DNA of 64,000 nt from Auanema rhodensis. Taxonomy: Eukaryota; Animalia; Nematoda. The translations under genes were made by a program, and so were the position numbers. The stretch covers positions 1-64,000 of the forward strand of contig CAXKVF010000096.1 in NCBI GenBank assembly GCA_964057225.1. Direction: 5' to 3'. Each line of letters begins with the position of its first letter. The first letter of the stretch is position 1. Shown in pieces: positions 1 through 13,800 of the stretch. The notes beneath the pieces were generated by a model. That model saw nothing but the letters and a program-made list of their open reading frames with translations, did no database searches and had not been told where the DNA came from.

Positions 1-3000
1 TGTACACGTGATGTGCACTTGGTATGTAACTCGCTTCACGTGAAAGATAAAGAGATGCGGTTTTCAAAAATTAGATTCCCCATGTCCATATTAGTCTAAA
101 AACAAATTTTTATTGATATTGGTTCATGGTAACCATGACTTTGAAATTTACGTGAACTTTAATTTATGCTAATTAAACCTGTACACGTGATGTGCACTTG
201 GTATGTAACTCGCTTCACGTGAAAGATAAAGAGATGCGGTTTTCAAAATTAGATTCCCCATGTCCATATTAGTCTAAAAACAAATTTTTATTGATATTGG
301 TTCATGGTAACCATGACTTTGAAATTTACGTGAACTTTAATTTATGCTAATTAAATGTACACGTGATGTGCACTTGGTATGTAACTCGCTTCACGTGAAA
401 GATAAAGAGATGCGGTTTTCAAAATTAGATTCCCCATGTCCATATTAGTCTAAAAACAAATTTTTATTGATATTGGTTCATGGTAACCATGACTTTGAAA
501 TTTACGTGAACTTTAATTTATGCTAATTAAATGTACACGTGATGTGCACTTGGTATGTAACTCGCTTCACGTGAAAGATAAAGAGATGCGGTTTTCAAAA
601 TTAGATTCCCCATGTCCATATTAGTCTAAAAACAAATTTTTATTGAATATTGGTTCATGGTAACCATGACTTTGAAATTTACGTGAACTTTAATTTATGC
701 TAATTAAATGTACACGTGATGTGCACTTGGTATGTAACTCGCTTCACGTGAAAGATAAGAGATGCGGTTTTCAAAATTAGATTCCCCATGTCCATATTAG
801 TCTAAAAACAAATTTTTATTGATATTGGTTCATGGTAACCATGACTTTGAAATTTACGTGAACTTTAATTTATGCTAATTAAATGTACACGTGATGTGCA
901 CTTGGTATGTAACTCGCTTCACGTGAAAGATAAAGAGATGCGGTTTTCAAAATTAGATTCCCCATGTCCATATTAGTCTAAAAACAAATTTTTATTGATA
1001 TTGGTTCATGGTAACCATGACTTTGAAATTTACGTGAACTTTAATTTATGCTAATTAAATGTACACGTGATGTGCACTTGGTATGTAACTCGCTTCACGT
1101 GAAAGATAAAGAGATGCGGTTTTCAAAATTAGATTCCCGATGTCCATATTAGTCTAAAAACAAATTTTTATTGATATTGGTTCATGGTAACCATGACTTT
1201 GAAATTTACGTGAACTTTAATTTATGCTAATTAAATGTACACGTGATGTGCACTTGGTATGTAACTCGCTTCACGTGAAAGATAAAGAGATGCGGTTTTC
1301 AAAATTAGATTCCCCATGTCCATATTAGTCTAAAAACAAATTTTTATTGATATTGGTGCATGGTAACCATGACTTTGAAATTTACGTGAACTTTAATTTA
1401 TGCTAATTAAATGTACACGTGATGTGCACTTGGTATGTAACTCGCTTCACGTGAAAGATAAAGAGATGCGGTTTTCAAAATTAGATTCCCCATGTCCATA
1501 TTAGTCTAAAAACAAATTTTTATTGATATTGGTGCATGGTAACCATGACTTTGAAATTTACGTGAACTTTAATTTATGCTAATTAAATGTACACGTGATG
1601 TGCACTTGGTATGTAACTCGCTTCACGTGAAAGATAAAGAGATGCGGTTTTCAAAATTAGATTCCCCATGTCCATATTAGTCTAAAAACAAATTTTTATT
1701 GATATTGGTGCATGGTAACCATGACTTTGAAATTTACGTGAACTTTAATTTATGCTAATTAAATGTACACGTGATGTGCACTTGGTATGTAACTCGCTTC
1801 ACGTGAAAGATAAAGAGATGCGGTTTTCAAAATTAGATTCCCCATGTCCATATTAGTCTAAAAACAAATTTTTATTGATATTGGTTCATGGTAACCATGA
1901 CTTTGAAATTTACGTGAACTTTAATTTATGCTAATTAAATGTACACGTGATGTGCACTTGGTATGTAACTCGCTTCACGTGAAAGATAAAGAGATGCGGT
2001 TTTCAAAATTAGATTCCCCATGTCCATATTAGTCTAAAAACAAATTTTTATTGATATTGGTTCATGGTAACCATGACTTTGAAATTTACGTGAACTTTAA
2101 TTTATGCTAATTAAATGTACACGTGATGTGCACTTGGTATGTAACTCGCTTCACGTGAAAGATAAAGAGATGCGGTTTTCAAAATTAGATTCCCCATGTC
2201 CATATTAGTCTAAAAACAAATTTTTATTGATATTGGTTCATGGTAACCATGACTTTGAAATTTACGTGAACTTTAATTTATGCTAATTAAATGTACACGT
2301 GATGTGCACTTGGTATGTAACTCGCTTCACGTGAAAGATAAAGAGATGCGGTTTTCAAAATTAGATTCCCCATGTCCATATTAGTCTAAAAACAAATTTT
2401 TATTGATATTGGTTCATGGTAACCATGACTTTGAAATTTACGTGAACTTTAATTTATGCTAATTAAATGTACACGTGATGTGCACTTGGTATGTAACTCG
2501 CTTCACGTGAAAGATAAAGAGATGCGGTTTTCAAAATTAGATTCCCCATGTCCATATTAGTCTAAAAACAAATTTTTATTGATATTGTTCATGGTAACCA
2601 TGACTTTGAAATTTACGTGAACTTTAATTTATGCTAATTAAATGTACACGTGATGTGCACTTGGTATGTAACTCGCTTCACGTGAAAGATAAAGAGATGC
2701 GGTTTTCAAAATTAGATTCCCCATGTCCATATTAGTCTAAAAACAAATTTTTATTGATATTGGTGCATGGTAACCATGACTTTGAAATTTACGTGAACTT
2801 TAATTTATGCTAATTAAATGTACACGTGATGTGCACTTGGTATGTAACTCGCTTCACGTGAAAGATAAAGAGATGCGGTTTTCAAAATTAGATTCCCCAT
2901 GTCCATATTAGTCTAAAAACAAATTTTTATTGATATTGGTTCATGGTAACCATGACTTTGAAATTTACGTGAACTTTAATTTATGCTAATTAAATGTACA

Positions 3001-6000
3001 CGTGATGTGCACTTGGTATGTAACTCGCTTCACGTGAAAGATAAAGAGATGCGGTTTTCAAAATTAGATTCCCCATGTCCATATTAGTCTAAAAACAAAT
3101 TTTTATTGATATTGGTTCATGGTAACCATGACTTTGAAATTTACGTGAACTTTAATTTATGCTAATTAAATGTACACGTGATGTGCACTTGGTATGTAAC
3201 TCGCTTCACGTGAAAGATAAAGAGATGCGGTTTTCAAAATTAGATTCCCCATGTCCATATTAGTCTAAAAACAAATTTTTATTGATATTAGGTTCATGGT
3301 AACCATGACTTTGAAATTTACGTGAACTTTAATTTATGCTAATTAAATGTACACGTGATGTGCACTTGGTATGTAACTCGCTTCACGTGAAAGATAAAGA
3401 GATGCGGTTTTCAAAATTAGATTCCCCATGTCCATATTAGTCTAAAAACAAATTTTTATTGATATTGGTTCATGGTAACCATGACTTTGAAATTTACGTG
3501 AACTTTAATTTATGCTAATTAAATGTACACGTGATGTGCCCTTGGTATGTAACTCGCTTCACGTGAAAGATAAAGAGATGTGGTTTCAAAATTAGATTCC
3601 CCATGTCCATATTAGTCTAAAAACAAATTTTTATTGATATTGGTTCATGGTAACCATGACTTTGAAATTTACGTGAACTTTAATTTATGCTAATTAAATG
3701 TACACGTGATGTGCCCTTGGTATGTAACTCGCTTCACGTGAAAGATAAAGAGATGTGGTTTTCAAAATTAGATTCCCCATGTCCATATTAGTCTAAAAAA
3801 CAAATTTTTATTGATATTGCTTCATGGTAACCATGACTTTGAAATTTACGTGAACTTTAATTTATGCTAATTAAATGTACACGTGATGTGCACTTGGTAT
3901 GTAACTCGCTTCACGTGAAAGATAAAGAGATGCGGTTTTCAAATTAGATTCCCCATGTCCATATTAGTCTAAAAACAACCTTTTATTGATATTGCTTCAT
4001 GGTAACCATGACTTTGAAATTTACGTGAACTTTAATTTATGCTAATTAATTGTACACGTGATGTGCACTTGGTATGTAACTCGCTTCACGTGAAAGATAA
4101 AGAGATGCGGTTTTCAAAATTAGATTCCCCATGTCCATATTAGTCTAAAAACAAATTTTTATTGATATTGGTGCATGGTAACCATGACTTTGAAATTTAC
4201 GTGAACTTTAATTTATGCTAATTAAATGTACACGTGATGTGCACTTGGTATGTAACTCGCTTCACGTGAAAGATAAAGAGATGCGGTTTTCAAAATTAGA
4301 TTCCCCATGTCCATATTAGTCTAAAAACAAATTTTTATTGATATTGGTGCATGGTAACCATGACTTTGAAATTTACGTGAACTTTAATTTATGCTAATTA
4401 AATGTACACGTGATGTGCACTTGGTATGTAACTCGCTTCACGTGAAAGATAAAGAGATGCGGTTTTCAAAATTAGATTCCCCATGTCCATATTAGTCTAA
4501 AAACAAATTTTTATTGATATTGGTTCATGGTAACCATGACTTTGAAATTTACGTGAACTTTAATTTATGCTAATTAAATGTACACGTGATGTGCACTTGG
4601 TATGTAACTCGCTTCACGTGAAAGATAAAGAGATGCGGTTTTCAAAATTAGATTCCCGATGTCCATATTAGTCTAAAAACAAATTTTTATTGATATTGGT
4701 TCATGGTAACCATGACTTTGAAATTTACGTGAACTTTAATTTATGCTAATTAATTTTACACGTGATGTGCACTTGGTATGTAACTCGCTTCACGTGAAAG
4801 ATAAAGAAATGCGGTTTTCAAAATTAGATTCCCATGTCCATATTAGTCTAAAAACAAATTTTTATTGATATTGGTGCATGGTAACCATGACTTTGAAATT
4901 TACGTGAACTTTAATTTATGCTAATTAAATGTACACGTGATGTGCACTTGGTATGTAACTCGCTTCACGTGAAAGATAAAGAGATGCGGTTTTCAAAATT
5001 AGATTCCCCATGTCCATATTAGTCTAAAAACAAATTTTTATTGATATTGGTTCATGGTAACCATGACTTTGAAATTTACGTGAACTTTAATTTATGCTAA
5101 TTAAATGTACACGTGATGTGCACTTGGTATGTAACTCGCTTCACGTGAAAGATAAAGAGATGCGGTTTTCAAAATTAGATTCCCGATGTCCATATTAGTC
5201 TAAAAACAAATTTTTATTGATATTGGTTCATGGTAACCATGACTTTGAAATTTACGTGAACTTTAATTTATGCTAATTAATTTTACACGTGATGTGCACT
5301 TGGTATGTAACTCGCTTCACGTGAAAGATAAAGAGATGCGGTTTTCAAAATTAGATTCCCATGTCCATATTAGTCTAAAAACAAATTTTTATTGATATTG
5401 GTGCATGGTAACCATGACTTTGAAATTTACGTGAACTTTAATTTATGCTAATTAAATGTACACGTGATGTGCACTTGGTATGTAACTCGCTTCACGTGAA
5501 AGATAAAGAGATGCGGTTTTCAAAATTAGATTCCCCATGTCCATATTAGTCTAAAAACAAATTTTTATTGATATTGGTGCATGGTAACCATGACTTTGAA
5601 ATTTACGTGAACTTTAATTTATGCTAATTAAATGTACACGTGATGTGCACTTGGTATGTAACTCGCTTCACGTGAAAGATAAAGAGATGCGGTTTTCAAA
5701 ATTAGATTCCCCATGTCCATATTAGTCTAAAAACAAATTTTTATTGATATTGGTTCATGGTAACCATGACTTTGAAATTTACGTGAACTTTAATTTATGC
5801 TAATTAAATGTACACGTGATGTGCACTTGGTATGTAACTCGCTTCACGTGAAAGATAAAGAGATGCGGTTTCAAAATTAGATTCCCCATGTCCATATTAG
5901 TCTAAAAACAAATTTTTATTGATATTGGTGCATGGTAACCATGACTTTGAAATTTACGTGAACTTTAATTTATGCTAATTAAATGTACACGTGATGTGCA

Positions 6001-7776
6001 CTTGGTATGTAACTCGCTTCACGTGAAAGATAAAGAGATGCGGTTTTCAAAATTAGATTCCCCATGTCCATATTAGTCTAAAAACAAATTTTTATTGATA
6101 TTGGTTCATGGTAACCATGACTTTGAAATTTACGTGAACTTTAATTTATGCTAATTAAATGTACACGTGATGTGCACTTGGTATGTAACTCGCTTCACGT
6201 GAAAGATAAAGAGATGCGGTTTTCAAAATTAGATTCCCCATGTCCATATTAGTCTAAAACAAATTTTTATTGATATTGGTTCATGGTAACCATGACTTTG
6301 AAATTTACGTGAACTTTAATTTATGCTAATTAAATGTACACGTGATGTGCACTTGGTATGTAACTCGCTTCACGTGAAAGATAAAGAGATGCAGTTTTCA
6401 AAATTAGATTCCCCATGTCCATATTAGTCTAAAAACAAATTTATATTGATATTGGTTCATGGTAACCATGACTTTGAAATTTACGTGAACTTTAATTTAT
6501 GCTAATTAAATGTACACGTGATGTGCACTTGGTATGTAACTCGCTTCACGTGAAAGATAAAGAGATGCGGTTTTCAAAATTAGATTCCCCATGTCCATAT
6601 TAGTCTAAAAACAAATTTTTATTGATATTGGTGCATGGTAACCATGACTTTGAAATTTACGTGAACTTTAATTTATGCTAATTAAATGTACACGTGATGT
6701 GCACTTGGTATGTAACTCGCTTCACGTGAAAGATAAAGAGATGCGGTTTTCAAAATTAGATTCCCCATGTCCATATTAGTCTAAAAACAAATTTTTATTG
6801 ATATTGGTTCATGGTAACCATGACTTTGAAATTTACGTGAACTTTAATTTATGCTAATTAAATGTACACGTGATGTGCACTTGGTATGTAACTCGCTTCA
6901 CGTGAAAGATAAAGAGATGCGGTTTTCAAAATTAGATTCCCCATGTCCATATTAGTCTAAAAACAAATTTTTATTGATATTGGTGCATGGTAACCATGAC
7001 TTTGAAATTTACGTGAACTTTAATTTATGCTAATTAAATGTACACGTGATGTGCACTTGGTATGTAACTCGCTTCACGTGAAAGATAAAGAGATGCGGTT
7101 TTCAAAATTAGATTCCCCATGTCCATATTAGTCTAAAAACAAATTTTTATTGATATTGGTTCATGGTAACCATGACTTTGAAATTTACGTGAACTTTAAT
7201 TTATGCTAATTAAATGTACACGTGATGTGCACTTGGTATGTAACTCGCTTCACGTGAAAGATAAAGAGATGCGGTTTTCAAAATTAGATTCCCCATGTCC
7301 ATATTAGTCTAAAAACAAATTTTTATTGATATTGGTGCATGGTAACCATGACTTTGAAATTTACGTGAACTTTAATTTATGCTAATTAAATGTACACGTG
7401 ATGTGCACTTGGTATGTAACTCGCTTCACGTGAAAGATAAAGAGATGCGGTTTTCAAAATTAGATTCCCCATGTCCATATTAGTCTAAAAACAAATTTTT
7501 ATTGATATTGGTTCATGGTAACCATGACTTTGAAATTTACGTGAACTTTAATTTATGCTAATTAAATGTACACGTGATGTGCACTTGGTATGTAACTCGC
7601 TTCACGTGAAAGATAAAGAGATGCGGTTTTCAAAATTAGATTCCCCATGTCCATATTAGTCTAAAAACAAATTTTTATTGATGTTGGTGCATGGTAACCA
7701 TGACTTTGAAATTTACGTGAACTTTAATTTATGCTAATTAAATGTACACGTGATGTGCACTTGGTATGTAACTCGC

Positions 7777-7786
7777 TTCACGTGAA
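7777..7786. other. Perfect 10-bp palindrome TTCACGTGAA containing an E-box/G-box CACGTG (pos 35-44), recurring in each unit
   Basis: Seen in sequence. A second CACGTG lies at pos 5-10 and a one-mismatch copy TTTACGTGAA at pos 146-155. Protein binding is not demonstrated. Confidence 0.9.
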
Positions 7787-7864
7787 AGATAAAGAGATGC
7801 GGTTTTCAAAATTAGATTCCCCATGTCCATATTAGTCTAAAAACAAATTTTTATTGATATTGGT

Positions 7865-7879
7865 TCATGGTAACCATGA
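7865..7879. other. 15-bp dyad TCATGGT-A-ACCATGA (monomer pos 123-137), recurring in each unit
   Basis: The 7-bp arms are exact reverse complements around a central A. Confidence 0.95.
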
Positions 7880-10800
7880 CTTTGAAATTTACGTGAACTT
7901 TAATTTATGCTAATTAAATGTACACGTGATGTGCACTTGGTATGTAACTCGCTTCACGTGAAAGATAAAGAGATGCGGTTTTCAAAATTAGATTCCCCAT
8001 GTCCATATTAGTCTAAAAACAAATTTTTATTGATATTGGTTCATGGTAACCATGACTTTGAAATTTACGTGAACTTTAATTTATGCTAATTAAATGTACA
8101 CGTGATGTGCACTTGGTATGTAACTCGCTTCACGTGAAAGATAAAGAGATGCGGTTTTCAAAATTAGATTCCCCATGTCCATATTAGTCTAAAAACAAAT
8201 TTTTATTGATATTGGTTCATGGTAACCATGACTTTGAAATTTACGTGAACTTTAATTTATGCTAATTAAATGTACACGTGATGTGCACTTGGTATGTAAC
8301 TCGCTTCACGTGAAAGATAAAGAGATGCGGTTTTCAAAATTAGATTCCCCATGTCCATATTAGTCTAAAAACAAATTTTTATTGATATTGGTTCATGGTA
8401 ACCATGACTTTGAAATTTACGTGAACTTTAATTTATGCTAATTAAATGTACACGTGATGTGCACTTGGTATGTAACTCGCTTCACGTGAAAGATAAAGAG
8501 ATGCGGTTTTCAAAATTAGATTCCCCATGTCCATATTAGTCTAAAAAACAAATTTTTATTGATATTGGTTCATGGTAACCATGACTTTGAAATTTACGTG
8601 AACTTTAATTTATGCTAATTAAATGTACACGTGATGTGCACTTGGTATGTAACTCGCTTCACGTGAAAGATAAAGAGATGCGGTTTTCAAAATTAGATTC
8701 CCCATGTCCATATTAGTCTAAAAACAAATTTTTATTGATATTGGTTCATGGTAACCATGACTTTGAAATTTACGTGAACTTTAATTTATGCTAATTAAAT
8801 GTACACGTGATGTGCACTTGGTATGTAACTCGCTTCACGTGAAAGATAAAGAGATGCGGTTTTCAAAATTAGATTCCCCATGTCCATATTAGTCTAAAAA
8901 CAAATTTTTATTGATATTGGTTCATGGTAACCATGACTTTGAAATTTACGTGAACTTTAATTTATGCTAATTAAATGTACACGTGATGTGCACTTGGTAT
9001 GTAACTCGCTTCACGTGAAAGATAAAGAGATGCGGTTTTCAAAATTAGATTCCCCATGTCCATATTAGTCTAAAAACAAATTTTTATTGATATTGGTTCA
9101 TGGTAACCATGACTTTGAAATTTACGTGAACTTTAATTTATGCTAATTAAATGTACACGTGATGTGCACTTGGTATGTAACTCGCTTCACGTGAAAGATA
9201 AAGAGATGCGGTTTTCAAAATTAGATTCCCCATGTCCATATTAGTCTAAAAACAAATTTTTATTGATATTGGTTCATGGTAACCATGACTTTGAAATTTA
9301 CGTGAACTTTAATTTATGCTAATTAAATGTACACGTGATGTGCACTTGGTATGTAACTCGCTTCACGTGAAAGATAAAGAGATGCGGTTTTCAAAATTAG
9401 ATTCCCCATGTCCATATTAGTCTAAAAACAAATTTTTATTGATATTGGTTCATGGTAACCATGACTTTGAAATTTACGTGAACTTTAATTTATGCTAATT
9501 AAATGTACACGTGATGTGCACTTGGTATGTAACTCGCTTCACGTGAAAGATAAAGAGATGCGGTTTTCAAAATTAGATTCCCCATGTCCATATTAGTCTA
9601 AAAACAAATTTTTATTGATATTGGTTCATGGTAACCATGACTTTGAAATTTACGTGAACTTTAATTTATGCTAATTAAATGTACACGTGATGTGCACTTG
9701 GTATGTAACTCGCTTCACGTGAAAGATAAAGAGATGCGGTTTTCAAAATTAGATTCCCCATGTCCATATTAGTCTAAAAACAAATTTTTATTGATATTGG
9801 TTCATGGTAACCATGACTTTGAAATTTACGTGAACTTTAATTTATGCTAATTAAATGTACACGTGATGTGCACTTGGTATGTAACTCGCTTCACGTGAAA
9901 GATAAAGAGATGCGGTTTTCAAAATTAGATTCCCCATGTCCATATTAGTCTAAAAACAAATTTTTATTGATATTGGTTCATGGTAACCATGACTTTGAAA
10001 TTTACGTGAACTTTAATTTATGCTAATTAAATGTACACGTGATGTGCACTTGGTATGTAACTCGCTTCACGTGAAAGATAAAGAGATGCGGTTTTCAAAA
10101 TTAGATTCCCCATGTCCATATTAGTCTAAAAACAAATTTTTATTGATATTGGTTCATGGTAACCATGACTTTGAAATTTACGTGAACTTTAATTTATGCT
10201 AATTAAATGTACACGTGATGTGCACTTGGTATGTAACTCGCTTCACGTGAAAGATAAAGAGATGCGGTTTTCAAAATTAGATTCCCCATGTCCATATTAG
10301 TCTAAAAACAAATTTTTATTGATATTGGTTCATGGTAACCATGACTTTGAAATTTACGTGAACTTTAATTTATGCTAATTAAATGTACACGTGATGTGCA
10401 CTTGGTATGTAACTCGCTTCACGTGAAAGATAAAGAGATGCGGTTTTCAAAATTAGATTCCCCATGTCCATATTAGTCTAAAAACAAATTTTTATTGATA
10501 TTGGTTCATGGTAACCATGACTTTGAAATTTACGTGAACTTTAATTTATGCTAATTAAATGTACACGTGATGTGCACTTGGTATGTAACTCGCTTCACGT
10601 GAAAGATAAAGAGATGCGGTTTCAAAATTAGATTCCCCATGTCCATATTAGTCTAAAAACAAATTTTTATTGATATTGGTTCATGGTAACCATGACTTTG
10701 AAATTTACGTGAACTTTAATTTATGCTAATTAAATGTACACGTGATGTGCACTTGGTATGTAACTCGCTTCACGTGAAAGATAAAGAGATGCGGTTTTCA

Positions 10801-13800
10801 AAATTAGATTCCCCATGTCCATATTAGTCTAAAAACAAATTTTTATTGATATTGGTTCATGGTAACCATGACTTTGAAATTTACGTGAACTTTAATTTAT
10901 GCTAATTAAATGTACACGTGATGTGCACTTGGTATGTAACTCGCTTCACGTGAAAGATAAAGAGATGCGGTTTTCAAAATTAGATTCCCCATGTCCATAT
11001 TAGTCTAAAAACAAATTTTTATTGATATTGGTTCATGGTAACCATGACTTTGAAATTTACGTGAACTTTAATTTATGCTAATTAAATGTACACGTGATGT
11101 GCACTTGGTATGTAACTCGCTTCACGTGAAAGATAAAGAGATGCGGTTTTCAAAATTAGATTCCCCATGTCCATATTAGTCTAAAAACAAATTTTATTGA
11201 TATTGGTTCATGGTAACCATGACTTTGAAATTTACGTGAACTTTAATTTATGCTAATTAAATGTACACGTGATGTGCACTTGGTATGTAACTCGCTTCAC
11301 GTGAAAGATAAAGAGATGCGGTTTTCAAAATTAGATTCCCCATGTCCATATTAGTCTAAAAACAAATTTTTATTGATATTGGTTCATGGTAACCATGACT
11401 TTGAAATTTACGTGAACTTTAATTTATGCTAATTAAATGTACACGTGATGTGCACTTGGTATGTAACTCGCTTCACGTGAAAGATAAAGAGATGCGGTTT
11501 TCAAAATTAGATTCCCCATGTCCATATTAGTCTAAAAACAAATTTTTATTGATATTGGTTCATGGTAACCATGACTTTGAAATTTACGTGAACTTTAATT
11601 TATGCTAATTAAATGTACACGTGATGTGCACTTGGTATGTAACTCGCTTCACGTGAAAGATAAAGAGATGCGGTTTTCAAAATTAGATTCCCCATGTCCA
11701 TATTAGTCTAAAAACAAATTTTTATTGATATTGGTTCATGGTAACCATGACTTTGAAATTTACGTGAACTTTAATTTATGCTAATTAAATGTACACGTGA
11801 TGTGCACTTGGTATGTAACTCGCTTCACGTGAAAGATAAAGAGATGCGGTTTTCAAAATTAATTCCCCATGTCCATATTAGTCTAAAAACAAATTTTTAT
11901 TGATATTGGTTCATGGTAACCATGACTTTGAAATTTACGTGAACTTTAATTTATGCTAATTAAATGTACACGTGATGTGCACTTGGTATGTAACTCGCTT
12001 CACGTGAAAGATAAAGAGATGCGGTTTCAAAATTAGATTCCCCATGTCCATATTAGTCTAAAAACAAATTTTTATTGATATTGGTTCATGGTAACCATGA
12101 CTTTGAAATTTACGTGAACTTTAATTTATGCTAATTAAATGTACACGTGATGTGCACTTGGTATGTAACTCGCTTCACGTGAAAGATAAAGAGATGCGGT
12201 TTTCAAAATTAGATTCCCCATGTCCATATTAGTCTAAAAACAAATTTTTATTGATATTGGTTCATGGTAACCATGACTTTGAAATTTACGTGAACTTTAA
12301 TTTATGCTAATTAAATGTACACGTGATGTGCACTTGGTATGTAACCTCGCTTCACGTGAAAGATAAAGAGATGCGGTTTTCAAAATTAGATTCCCCATGT
12401 CCATATTAGTCTAAAAACAAATTTTTATTGATATTGGTTCATGGTAACCATGACTTTGAAATTTACGTGAACTTTAATTTATGCTAATTAAATGTACACG
12501 TGATGTGCACTTGGTATGTAACTCGCTTCACGTGAAAGATAAAGAGATGCGGTTTTCAAAATTAGATTCCCCATGTCCATATTAGTCTAAAAACAAATTT
12601 TTATTGATATTGGTTCATGGTAACCATGACTTTGAAATTTACGTGAACTTTAATTTATGCTAATTAAATGTACACGTGATGTGCACTTGGTATGTAACTC
12701 GCTTCACGTGAAAGATAAAGAGATGCGGTTTTCAAAATTAGATTCCCCATGTCCATATTAGTCTAAAAACAAATTTTTATTGATATTGGTTCATGGTAAC
12801 CATGACTTTGAAATTTACGTGAACTTTAATTTATGCTAATTAAATGTACACGTGATGTGCACTTGGTATGTAACTCGCTTCACGTGAAAGATAAAGAGAT
12901 GCGGTTTCAAAATTAAATTCCCCATGTCCATATTAGTCTAAAAACAAATTTTTATTGATATTGGTTCATGGTAACCATGACTTTGAAATTTACGTGAACT
13001 TTAATTTATGCTAATTAAATGTACACGTGATGTGCACTTGGTATGTAACTCGCTTCACGTGAAAGATAAAGAGATGCGGTTTTCAAAATTAGATTCCCCA
13101 TGTCCATATTAGTCTAAAAACAAATTTTTATTGATATTGGTTCATGGTAACCATGACTTTGAAATTTACGTGAACTTTAATTTATGCTAATTAAATGTAC
13201 ACGTGATGTGCACTTGGTAATGTAACTCGCTTCACGTGAAAGATAAAGAGATGCGGTTTTCAAAATTAAATTCCCCATGTCCATATTAGTCTAAAAACAA
13301 ATTTTTATTGATATTGGTTCATGGTAACCATGACTTTGAAATTTACGTGAACTTTAATTTATGCTAATTAAATGTACACGTGATGTGCACTTGGTATGTA
13401 ACTCGCTTCACGTGAAAGATAAAGAGATGCGGTTTTCAAAATTAGATTCCCCATGTCCATATTAGTCTAAAAACAAATTTTTATTGATATTGGTTCATGG
13501 TAACCATGACTTTGAAATTTACGTGAACTTTAATTTATGCTAATTAAATGTACACGTGATGTGCACTTGGTATGTAACTCGCTTCACGTGAAAGATAAAG
13601 AGATGCGGTTTTCAAAATTAAATTCCCCATGTCCATATTAGTCTAAAAACAAATTTTTATTGATATTGGTTCATGGTAACCATGACTTTGAAATTTACGT
13701 GAACTTTAATTTATGCTAATTAAATGTACACGTGATGTGCACTTGGTATGTAACTCGCTTCACGTGAAAGATAAAGAGATGCGGTTTTCAAAATTAGATT

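Larger units (their letters stand above)
7743..7918 (+). repeat. Representative consensus monomer (176 bp, 56 G+C, 5 CpG)
   Basis: Matches the majority base at every position. It carries single BsrGI (TGTACA), ApaLI (GTGCAC) and BstEII (GGTAACC) sites and two PmlI (CACGTG) sites. Confidence 0.97.

Noticed and set aside
177-3980. CC insertion at 178-179 and AT>CC at 3979-3980 as biological mutations
   Set aside because: Both are singletons within the indel-rich left end and are most likely read errors. I excluded them from the doublet analysis.
7747-7918. Budding-yeast point centromere (CDEI-CDEII-CDEIII)
   Set aside because: A CDEI-like ATCACGTG is present, but there is no >90% AT CDEII of about 80 bp and no CDEIII CCGAA core. 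Point centromeres are also not tandemly arrayed.
7907-8011. 34-codon ORF across the monomer junction (MLIKCTRDVHLVCNSLHVKDKEMRFSKLDSPCPY*)
   Set aside because: It is short enough to arise by chance and resembles no protein I know. The period of 176 is not a multiple of 3, and stop codons recur in every unit.
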